This document shows positions 14,395-23,873 of a stretch of DNA of 64,000 bases, in pieces; the stretch's first letter is position 1, and every line of letters begins with the position of its first letter. The stretch is from Tubulanus polymorphus. Its lineage: Eukaryota > Animalia > Nemertea. The position numbers were made by a program, and so were the translations under genes. The stretch is from assembly GCF_964204645.1 (NCBI RefSeq), contig NC_134029.1:6138001-6202000 (forward strand). Reading direction: 5' to 3'. The notes under the pieces are model-generated. The model was not told where the DNA came from. It ran no database searches and saw nothing but the letters and a program-made list of their open reading frames with translations.

Positions 14395-15609
14395 ATGGAG
14401 AAAAATTCAAAGCACTTAGCCAGTGGTTCGAATACCAATCGTAACCGTAATCGTAGTAAACATGATGATCGTAATACCAAAGACAAAGTCGATAAACAAA
14501 CAGAACATGCTGGCAGTGGGAATACTAAACGAACTCTGTCCAAAGGCTCGGAATCCAGTACCCCTCCAACAAAAAGACCGGCTCATACACAATCGAAATC
14601 GCAACCAGCTAAAAGTTATGGAGAAACTGATCCAGATACAGATACCGAAAGCCGCGAATCTGCAGGAGAATCCGACAGCGAAACGGAGAAAGAACTTACT
14701 TTAGAGGACATTTTCCAAGAAATTAAGTCGATGCGGAAACATCTGGAACGAAAAATCGATGGTAAATTCAACTCAATTAAGAAAGACCTGGAACAATTCA
14801 GAAAAGATTTTGAAGCTAGTATGGATTTCAAGATTGAAGAAGCCAAAGACGAACTGCGAGTTGAGTTTACCACGAAGGTTAGCGACCTTGAAAATAAGCT
14901 TAAAACCAGTGGCCGCACCCAACCAAAGGATGACCGCATTGCAGCACTAGAAAATCGCATAATAGACCAGGAGGCTAGATCACGGCGCGACAACCTTGTT
15001 TTCCTTGGTTTAGTTGAGTCGACTGATGAAAACATAGACAACGTTGTGAGGAAACAGTTAGTCGAAAATTTCGGAATCAACAGTGATCGAGCGAGTAAAA
15101 TTGTCTTCCAGCGGATCCATAGAAATCCAGGCAAAGACAAACCACGTTCCGTGACCGCGAAATTCAGAGATTATGTTGACCGCGAATTAGTATATAAATC
15201 TCGATTTAACGCAAAAGATAACACTGTGAGAATCGTTGCGGATTATCCGATCGAAGTGCGGAATAGAAGAAAATTGTTATTCGAAAAATTAAATTCATCG
15301 AAATCTACCAATCCATCCGTGGATGGTTTCGTCTCCTTCGATAAGCTGATTCTCGACGGGAAAATTTTCAAATGCATTAATAACGAAGTAAAGTGCGTCG
15401 GGGAGGCAACATACCGGACACCTAGACCACGTACACAGCCGAAGAAATCACCCGAAGAGCTGAAGGCGGCCTCGAAACAGCCTGCAGTAGCTAACGCAAC
15501 AAATATTCAGAGTGCGGAAGTGGAGACGATGGACGCGTCTGGAACAAGTGATACTCCAGTAAGTGACCTAATTGCAGCATCGAGAGTTGTACTAGACGGT
15601 CCAGCGTAG
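14395..15609 (+). CDS. LINE ORF1p (coiled coil + L1-type RRM/CTD nucleic-acid chaperone)
   Basis: 404 aa. A heptad-rich region is followed by LENRIIDQEARSRRDNLVFLGL...RIHR...PRSVTAKF...DYPIEVRNRRKL, the L1/Transposase_22-type ORF1 pattern. Confidence 0.88.
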   Translation: MEKNSKHLASGSNTNRNRNRSKHDDRNTKDKVDKQTEHAGSGNTKRTLSKGSESSTPPTKRPAHTQSKSQPAKSYGETDPDTDTESRESAGESDSETEKELTLEDIFQEIKSMRKHLERKIDGKFNSIKKDLEQFRKDFEASMDFKIEEAKDELRVEFTTKVSDLENKLKTSGRTQPKDDRIAALENRIIDQEARSRRDNLVFLGLVESTDENIDNVVRKQLVENFGINSDRASKIVFQRIHRNPGKDKPRSVTAKFRDYVDRELVYKSRFNAKDNTVRIVADYPIEVRNRRKLLFEKLNSSKSTNPSVDGFVSFDKLILDGKIFKCINNEVKCVGEATYRTPRPRTQPKKSPEELKAASKQPAVANATNIQSAEVETMDASGTSDTPVSDLIAASRVVLDGPA

Positions 15610-18600
15610 GGAAACGCGACAAACTCTCGCCGTCAATCATTAACTTTATGTTCTCTTAATGTATGCGGATTAGAAAATAAACTGGATATCCCTGAATTCC
15701 AAGACCATATCAAACAATTTGATATTATTGGGTTATGTGAAACAAAGCTAACTGACTTCCATACACTCAATATCCCGAACTACCACTTCTTTGGTAACAA
15801 TCGTAAAAAGTACAAAAGAGTGTCTGGTGGAATAGCCGTCCTTGTGCACGATTCGATCATTGAATGTGTTACGGTCTTACCTATTAAATCAGAATACATA
15901 CTATGGTTTAAAGTGTCAAAACAGCTTTTCCCTAACTCAACGAGTGACGTATGCGTCGGTATGTGCTACATCCCGCCCGAGGGCTCAAAATACCTAACCC
16001 CTGAATGCTGGACGGACATTGAACTCGAAATTATATCAATGCAATCTAATTATGAGTCAGTAATCCTAATGGGTGACTTCAACTCAAGAACTAGCAATTT
16101 TACCGACTTTGTTGAACCAGATGAGTTCCTGACGCAAAGACTCAATTTGAACAATACCAATTACTTGCCCGAAATTTTCCAGTTCAATATTCCAGTCGAT
16201 CGTATCAGCCAAGATCAGTATGTGAATAACCATGGCCACAAACTCTTAGATTTATGTAAGAATTGTAATCTCTATATAGCAAACGGTCGACTCGGTAAAG
16301 ATCGTAGATTAGGTAAATTAACTTGCAAAAACGCGTCTGTAGTCGATTATGTAGTCCTTTCGCCGAATTGCTTTAATTTTTTGTGTGACTTTTTTGTGCA
16401 TGATTTCTGTGACCTATTCTCCGATGTGCACTGTACTATTTCTTTCAACCTAAAACTCAGTGGTATCCCACCTACCCCATATAAAGGCAATGAACGGCCA
16501 GTTACACGAAAAGTAAAACATAGGCCAACTTGGAAAAGAGATAAATCAGACCAATTTGCTAGCAATTTGAATACCCAAAAGTACGAACAAACACTACTAT
16601 CTTACCCGCATGTACTTGATAAAGATGCAATCGATTCCTTATCATCTGTTATAAATGAAATATTCAATGACGCCAGTATTATTACCTTTGGTAACAAATG
16701 GAATTCTCCCTGTCCCTCAAAAGTTAATAAACTAGATAAACCATGGTTTGGTCATGAATGTCGAAATGCAAGGAAAAAGTACCATATTAAGAAGCGCATT
16801 AATAATCGGATTCGAACCGACCGTACTCATACAGATCTTGCCGAAGCCAGTCGTAGTTATAAAAAAACTATAAGAAAGCACGTGAATTTACACAGAAAGC
16901 GTATGCAAAGAGAAATTCGAAACCTTAATCTTCATAACCCTAAAAAATACTGGCAGCTTTTAAACAGAAACACCCCTAGAAACACTAATATTCCAGTACC
17001 ACTGGAGGACTTGTATGAATTTTTCCGGGATGCCAATAAGCAGCAAGATGATAGATCAGAATTACCTAATGTAGCAAATGATATGATCAATGAAAACGAG
17101 TCACTAAATGATGCTATATCTGCGGAGGAAATTTTAAAGGCAATTAAACTACTCAAAAATGGTAAATCAGCTGGAAGTGATGGCATCCTAAACGAACATA
17201 TAAAAGCCACTAAGGATATCATGCTCCCAGTTTATGTAAACTTCTTTAATATCGTTTTAGATACTGGGATACTCCCAGAATCTTGGCTAGAGGGCGTCAT
17301 TTGTCCCATCTTTAAAGGTGGAAATGACAAACTACCAGAGAACTACAGGCCCATCACCATTTTAAGCTGTTTGGGAAAGGTTTTTACAGCAATACTTAAT
17401 AATAGACTAACATGTTATATTGAAACAAACAACATCCTCCATAACAACCAAGCCGGATTTCGTCGTGGTTACTCGACAATTGACAACCTCTACATTTTAC
17501 ATATTTTAGCTGAAGTTATTAAAACTCAGAAGAAGAAACTATATTGTGCTTTCGTAGATTTTACCAAAGCCTTTGACACAGTCTGGAGAGCCGGACTATG
17601 GCAAAAGCTTCTTACAAATGGTATAAACGGTAAATTACTTAACTGTGTGAAGAACATGTATGACAATGTTAAATCATGTGTGAAAGCTAATGGTAACCTA
17701 TCTGCCTTTTTTCCTTGTGAGACAGGTGTCAGACAAGGTGAAAATATGTCACCGCTTCTTTTCTGCCTGTACTTAAACGACTTAGAAGAATTTTTACATA
17801 ATAGAGCCAGTAATGGGATCAGTTTGTCCGATCATAACGATGTCATCGTTTATGCAAACTTGGTAATTCTATTCTACGCGGACGATACGGTAATTTTTGC
17901 GCAGAATGCGCAAGAACTTCAGCGCAACCTAGATAATTTCCATGAATACTGCAATGTATGGAAACTAAAGGTCAATACTAGAAAAACAAAGATTATAATA
18001 TTTGGTTCTAGAGGCTTAGGAAATGAACAGTTCCACATGGGAAATCAAAATATTGAGGTTGTTACCAGCTATAAGTACCTGGGATTATTATTACATCAAA
18101 ATAGAGGTTTTTTGTCGACTAAGAAATACCTAGTCTCACAAGCAAAAAAGGCACTACACGCTCTATACTGTAAGACTTATAGTCTAAATCTTCCTCTAGA
18201 TTGTCAGTTAAAACTATTTGATCAGACGGTGGTACCCGTCTTATTATATGGCTGTGAAGTCTGGGGGTTCTCTAACATAGATTCTATTGAGTCTGTTCAC
18301 TTAAGTTTTCTGAGACACGTACTGAAAGCGCGAAATAGTACACCAACGTTCATGTTGTACGGAGAAACTGGTAGATTCCCCCTTTCTATAGTAATTAAAT
18401 CTAGAATTGTCTCCTTTTGGGCTAATTTAGTCAGTTCTCAGAACAAACTCTCTAGCATTCTGTATAAATCAGTTATGCGACCTTTTTACATTAACGGCAT
18501 AGCTCCAAATTTCAAATGGATTAGAAATGTAAAAGATATTCTGTATTCTGTAGGTTTAAACAATATATGGGATGATCAATCCTTCCCAAACACTAGATGG

Positions 18601-19053
18601 CTGCAATCTACTTTAAAACAAAAAATAATGGACCAGTTCCTCCAAGAATGGAGAGCATCCATAAGGGAATCACCTAAAGGTGACTATTACTCTCTATTCA
18701 AAGATAATCATAGCCTGGAGTTTATTTACACGTCGGACATTCCTGATGACCTGCTATATAGTTTAAGTAGATTTAGAACGTGTAACCACAAACTTCCAAT
18801 TGAAACTGGTAGATGGATGAAAGTACCCAGAGAAAACAGGACCTGTCCTCTTTGCAACAGTGCTATAGGGGACGAATATCATTATATATTATGTTGTCCA
18901 ACCCTTGACGTTTTAAGGACCAAGTACATTGAGAGAAAATTTTCAATTTATCCAAACCAGTATAAATTCTCCTCCCTTATGCAGACAAAAAACATCAGAA
19001 CACTTTATAATTTATGTATCTTTATAAGTAAAATTGCTAAAATATTTGTGTAA
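15610..19053 (+). CDS. LINE ORF2p: apurinic endonuclease + reverse transcriptase + C-terminal zinc finger (open from the ORF1 stop, no initiating ATG)
   Basis: The frame is open from 15610. APE motifs LNVCGL, GLCET, SGG, YIPP, MGDFN, VDY, SDVH. RT motifs NYRPI, QAGFR, FVDFTKAFD, GVRQG, YADD, YKYLG. C-terminal LPIETGRW..CPLC..DEYHYILCC. Confidence 0.93.
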   Translation, partial: GNATNSRRQSLTLCSLNVCGLENKLDIPEFQDHIKQFDIIGLCETKLTDFHTLNIPNYHFFGNNRKKYKRVSGGIAVLVHDSIIECVTVLPIKSEYILWFKVSKQLFPNSTSDVCVGMCYIPPEGSKYLTPECWTDIELEIISMQSNYESVILMGDFNSRTSNFTDFVEPDEFLTQRLNLNNTNYLPEIFQFNIPVDRISQDQYVNNHGHKLLDLCKNCNLYIANGRLGKDRRLGKLTCKNASVVDYVVLSPNCFNFLCDFFVHDFCDLFSDVHCTISFNLKLSGIPPTPYKGNERPVTRKVKHRPTWKRDKSDQFASNLNTQKYEQTLLSYPHVLDKDAIDSLSSVINEIFNDASIITFGNKWNSPCPSKVNKLDKPWFGHECRNARKKYHIKKRINNRIRTDRTHTDLAEASRSYKKTIRKHVNLHRKRMQREIRNLNLHNPKKYWQLLNRNTPRNTNIPVPLEDLYEFFRDANKQQDDRSELPNVANDMINENESLNDAISAEEILKAIKLLKNGKSAGSDGILNEHIKATKDIMLPVYVNFFNIVLDTGILPESWLEGVICPIFKGGNDKLPENYRPITILSCLGKVFTAILNNRLTCYIETNNILHNNQAGFRRGYSTIDNLYILHILAEVIKTQKKKLYCAFVDFTKAFDTVWRAGLWQKLLTNGINGKLLNCVKNMYDNVKSCVKANGNLSAFFPCETGVRQGENMSPLLFCLYLNDLEEFLHNRASNGISLSDHNDVIVYANLVILFYADDTVIFAQNAQELQRNLDNFHEYCNVWKLKVNTRKTKIIIFGSRGLGNEQFHMGNQNIEVVTSYKYLGLLLHQNRGFLSTKKYLVSQAKKALHALYCKTYSLNLPLDCQLKLFDQTVVPVLLYGCEVWGFSNIDSIESVHLSFLRHVLKARNSTPTFMLYGETGRFPLSIVIKSRIVSFWANLVSSQNKLSSILYKSVMRPFYINGIAPNFKWIRNVKDILYSVGLNNIWDDQSFPNTRWLQSTLKQKIMDQFLQEWRASIRESPKGDYYSLFKDNHSLEFIYTSDIPDDLLYSLSRFRTCNHKLPIETGRWMKVPRENRTCPLCNSAIGDEYHYILCCPTLDVLRTKYIERKFSIYPNQYKFSSLMQTKNIRTLYNLCIFISKIAKIFV

Positions 19054-19136
19054 ACACGGCATTCGCTGCTATGTTATTTTGTATAATGTTCTATTTTTCA
19101 CTCATATTGTCTAATTTGTAGACCTTGAGTTTGTCA

Positions 19137-19167
19137 AATAAACTGTAAACTGTAAACTGTAAACTGT
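19137..19167 (+). repeat. LINE 3' tail: AATAAA + (TAAACTG)x4
   Basis: aataaactgtaaactgtaaactgtaaactgt, read directly from the sequence. Confidence 0.9.
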
Positions 19168-19779
19168 TATTTATGTAGTCTGGCTCATCCCTGGTGACTC
19201 CGCGATTATATAGTTTGTCTCAATCAACAATTAGTCGTTGCATTAATAGAATCTGCTGTCTCAAAAAAGCACACAAAAACGATATAACTACGTTCATATG
19301 GGAATTTTAGAACAGCTTCTAAAACTGCGACCATACAGACAAGATACATGTATATCCGAAAAAAAATAAAACACCGAAATGTCAAAAATACATTTAGCAA
19401 CACAGAATTAAAAAAAAAACAATGTTTATAGTCCGAAAGGTAAACGTAAAACAGTTTTATTGCCAGTCGAACTGGAGTTAGCGTCAGTTTCAGATTGCTA
19501 AATTGAATTTTTTGCAGCATGAAGCGGTTGCAACATCGTCAAAAAGTAATTGTTGCGTGAAATTTGCATTTCACATTTTTTCTCTTTTATTCTGAAGAAA
19601 TCTCATCCACCTTCGGATTGGCTGCTATTTTCTTTGAGTATCTTCGGTAGATTCGTCTTTAAAAACTCCACGCCTTAACAAGTAACAATGGTAAAAAACC
19701 ATTGATGAAAGCACTCAGTACGCGCTGTGACGATAATATGTATGAAACCCTGTAATGGAAAATTAGAGTTAGAAAATTT

Positions 19780-19886
19780 GTCGTTGAGTTGATTATTAAT
19801 TCAACGTTTCGACTGTAATCTATTATCATTAAGTATTCCCGAAGATGACTGTGAATAAACGAACGTTGAATAAACTACTCAGCGAC
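19780..19886. repeat. Degenerate palindrome built from Penelope-type minimal hammerhead-ribozyme motif copies
   Basis: gtcgttgagt..attcaacgtt is inverted as aacgttgaataaactactcagcgac. Both arms approximate CTGANGATGACTG-N4-CAGTCGAAACGTTG. Confidence 0.5.
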
Positions 19887-21139
19887 TTTATTTCTTTTTA
19901 GTATGGGAGTTTTTATACATCACCAAGGGTGACTTTATGAAATGAAGATTTTTTACGCAGGTTTATGAGATACGTTGTCGTCATCATGTATCAAGCCAAT
20001 CAGATGCGTTGTTTTTCACTGGCAGATTCGTTATGTATCTGATTGGCGAAATACATAGAATAGTGGCCGCTAAGCGGCAACCTGTCCATTGAAAGCTTGG
20101 GCAATGTAATAGGCCTAGACCAATGAAGGGTTTGCGTTGGCGCGCGCTTCAGTGGGTGGCAATCCAACCTGGCAAGCGAGGTTGGAGAAACGTATATTGG
20201 GTGCGCCACAATTTTTTTTAATTGCAAAATAACTACTGCAATGTCACTATCTATTGACGATTTCCGTAAATTTCACTAATATAACTGTCATAAAAAGGTA
20301 GTTCAATCATAGACTCTAAAACGCTTTTAGAGTCCACGGTACAATCAAGGACGAAATGATTATCCGCGATGGCCAAAATTTTTACCATAGGAGTTGGCGG
20401 CTAATTTAATCAAAATGTGAATGCATAAAAATCAACGAATAAAGTGGATAAAATGTCCATGTACATTGTACCTAAAACAGCTGATACAGCTAACCATGGA
20501 TGAATAAACTAAGCAAGAATTGCTAAAAGCCATCGAGCGAAAATGTGAATGTATTTCCTTGTACTTCCTAGCGTTCTAGTTGGAGTAGATTAACTTTGTC
20601 GAATCAGTCCAGTTTTTCTTATCCGAAGCCCTCCTTCTTTTGAGTTTACGCTAGCGTTTTTATTTGTTTCAGTCGACGATGACATGGCGTGATATTTACG
20701 GAAAAGAAGTAATACCAAAATATTGTACTCAACGACCGCCGCGAATTCGGCAAATTTGGCCATCGGTCAATTAATGTGCACTGAGTTTATAACTAGCCCA
20801 ATCACATAAACGCTCGTATATATAAACAAATGATTCCAGTATGCTGAATACTGTTACTGTTACGATTACTGTTAACTAATTCCATTATTTCTAGTGTGGG
20901 TTCCGTGTGTGTGCAAATAACTTCGCATACACTCTTGAAGGCTTTTGAGGATGTTGTCAATGATGACGCGCAAATTCGTGAAGCTTTCCACGTTTTTTAT
21001 TTCTGACACAAATCATTACGAACGAATCATGGCTTTTCCGCTCGGTTGAACAGCGGTTAAAAGATCCATATACTCAACGTTGGATTAACACGACTCGCGC
21101 GTCTAACAGGGCACTTTCCTACCGCCAATTTAAAACTAG

Positions 21140-21610
21140 TATATATATATATATATATATATAATTAGTTTATTGTCATCTTTTATACATAAATAAAAAC
21201 CAGCTTATATAGGCTTACAAGACAAAAAGGAGTTATGTTGGTTAAGTGCATAATGGCGGTGCATTACGCAGAATGGACGCCTCATTTACAAACTTACACA
21301 CGTGATTAATAATGTGATCATTCGCTAGAATCAAGGACAATTGGTCTGTAGTGGATAGAATATCCATATCAATATCTTAGAGTTCCTTAATTTTAGCGAA
21401 CAATGTAATACGGCAATCACTATATGCTAGACATTCACACAAAAAGTGAATTTCTGTCTCAACTACTCGCTCAGGACAAGAAGGGCATAGAATATTACTT
21501 ACGAGCCGTACTTGGATTATCCGAAATAAATGATCAACTATTGCTAGATTCAGAAACTCTAGTCTTGACTTACTTGTGGAAATTGGGGCCATAAGTGGAG
21601 TCTTGCACAA
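21140..21610 (-). mobile_element. 5'-truncated, decayed LINE 3' fragment (zinc-finger region plus AATAAA/(AT)n tail)
   Basis: The minus frame encodes CPSCPERVVETEIHFLCECLAYSDCR, the same finger type as the intact LINE. On the minus strand caataaac is followed by (AT)n at ~21140-21162. Confidence 0.65.
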
Positions 21611-21759
21611 GCTTTAAAAACACTTTTTTAAGAGTTTTATAACTAGTCACTTATTTAAAAAACACATATTTTGAGTATATCGCTTTTGAATAATGAATTA
21701 TCATGAGGTTTAGTGTCCATCCGAACGAAGTGAAATTTCGTTTTTCGTGTCCATGGATG

Positions 21760-22075
21760 AAGTAATTTTTTCTTTTTGTTCCATGGCCAAAAAGCGTGTT
21801 CGTTCTAATGCACATCCATTACAAGTATTTAAAAGATTCATCGGTAATGATCGCAAACGCCTCGCGTGTATCTGGTTAGGAAATGAGATGTTCAATTATT
21901 AAACAACATACATCGTACAAAACCATCATACAGACATAACAGAGAGGGATAGATTGTTACGCCGTTTACCGTTGCTTCCGAATTTGCGAATTCTTCCTAG
22001 AACAGCCGCGGTACGAATCACAAGGCGAAGACCGAGCAATAGTTCAAACTGCCTTCGTAAAGTCAATATCATATT
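21760..22075 (-). pseudogene. Heavily decayed RT fragment (RTE-like LINE relic)
   Basis: Minus-strand broken frames give IDFTKA/FETI, GC..K..I, LYDGF and ILVMD in RT order, with frameshifts. Confidence 0.35.
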
Positions 22076-23238
22076 TGTGAAGAATTTTAGGCGAAGCTCG
22101 AATTTGATAAGCAGTTGTATTTAGGGATCATTGGGTGTATTATCTGACCGTGAGTTCAGTGCTGCAACTATTCTTACACAAGTAAACAGCGAAACGTGTT
22201 GGATTATTATACATCTAGATGGGGCTTTTTGTAAGTCGTTAAAAGCTTTGAACAGTTTCCGGGCGCCATCTTTTTGAATAACCGCTGGTTCCGCATAGTA
22301 TTTTCTCCCTATTTCTGATTTGATGTTTTTTTTGTCTCGTTGTTATCTTCATCCGATCTAGTAGATGTGAACGAAGTTAAAGAATTAAGTAGGAAAAAAA
22401 TACGAAAGAAAATGCGAAAACAATGCGGACCTAGCGTACTCAATAACCCGACCCATGGAAAGTATAGAAAAAAAGTGTATTACGTAAATACCAATATACT
22501 CCCGCGATCAACTTAGTTAATATTGTTGGACTGATTCTATTTCAATTGTCCATGTATTTTGCAGTCAATTTCCGGTAGTCTTTATGTCTGCATTTGTTAT
22601 ATTCTATATTTTCACACGATGATAAGAAATAGTGAAATTATGCCATGATACTGAAAGATTTAGTCCCCTTTTCAAACAAAGTAATAAAAATTGCCCCAAT
22701 GAGTAAAACGCGTCTCATATGAGAACCTTTTTAATACGCTGATTTTCGTAGATTGCATTTGAATACGATATGATGATATCGATTCTTCGTCGCAGCCAAC
22801 ATCTTGTGTGTGACCTTCAATTTACTACGATATATGGGTATTCGCATTAGACCCGATAGATTATGGATTACATCAATTATATCTGACTACTGAAACGTAC
22901 GATCAATTTTCTGACATCGGTGTCGACGTGAAACATCAACATTTGGACTACTAGCGCCGCCTAACTCGCGATTACAAGCAGAGTTGTTCTCGCATATAAG
23001 CCGATGTCAACAGACGTCTTGTTGGAAATCCGCGTTATCCTAGCGATAGGATACACATGTTCCACTGGGAAACGCAATAGGAACTTGAGCAGCGCAGAGA
23101 AAAGCGATTCGTGGTCGTCCGAAAGCGCAGTTTATGCCTGGTCTCATCGACCAAACAGAGGAAATAATGCTGATATCCCGTAGATATAAATAAGCATTAT
23201 CGAGTGTCAAGATTGTAAAACGTATGGATACATGAAAA

Positions 23239-23777
23239 ATGGATGTCTTCTGTTTATTTGCGGTAGTTTTCAGCTGCACGTTTGTTTTGGGATCAATGCA
23301 TATTGCCATTGCTGCTAAAGAAATGAAAAGGTAGTGTGTTTTCTTACGTTTTCCCGTAATCAATTGTGAATAAGTATAGTTAGCTTAACATTTGACACTT
23401 CGAAACTATTTTTCTTATTTTATATATTCAAACAACACTGTGAAATAATGTTTTATAATTTAATTTCATTTTTTTCCTGAATAATTTACATCAATAGTTA
23501 AGCCTGCCAGATTAAGAAAATGATAGAATTACAATTACTTCGTTTCAATTACTCATTACTTTTTTCACAACTTTCACCGTGAGGGTTTGAAATGGAATAT
23601 AAGCGTGATTGCAATTCGATCTTTTTCATATTTAACCTCTTCTATCTTTTAAATTTTACTTGAAAAAGTTACAGGTTTTAGAATAAAGTTAGCATGTGGC
23701 TCGGGTATGTGTAAACATTGTTTCGGTCGATACCGATCCCTGAAGCTCCCTGAGCCTGAACTTAAGTTTCAAAATAC

Positions 23778-23873
<96 letters not shown>

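Larger units (their letters stand above)
14067..19162 (+). mobile_element. Full-length non-LTR retrotransposon (APE + RT + C-terminal Cys/His finger; RTEX-like, clade unconfirmed)
   Basis: 9-bp TSD ACTGTTATT at 14058-14066 and 19163-19171. The 5' end carries a YY1-like CAACATGGCGG. Two uninterrupted ORFs. The 3' end is AATAAA merging into (TAAACTG)n. Confidence 0.92.

Noticed and set aside
14616-15140. 174-aa antisense ORF in LINE ORF1, and similar shadow ORFs over the GPCRs and channel exons (e.g. 2223-2615, 9744-10286, 43172-43624)
   Set aside because: Alternative-frame or antisense shadows of real coding sequence with no motifs of their own.
15820-15822. GTG start assigned to ORF2 by the ORF track
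   Set aside because: It lies downstream of the first two endonuclease motifs; the frame is open from 15610.
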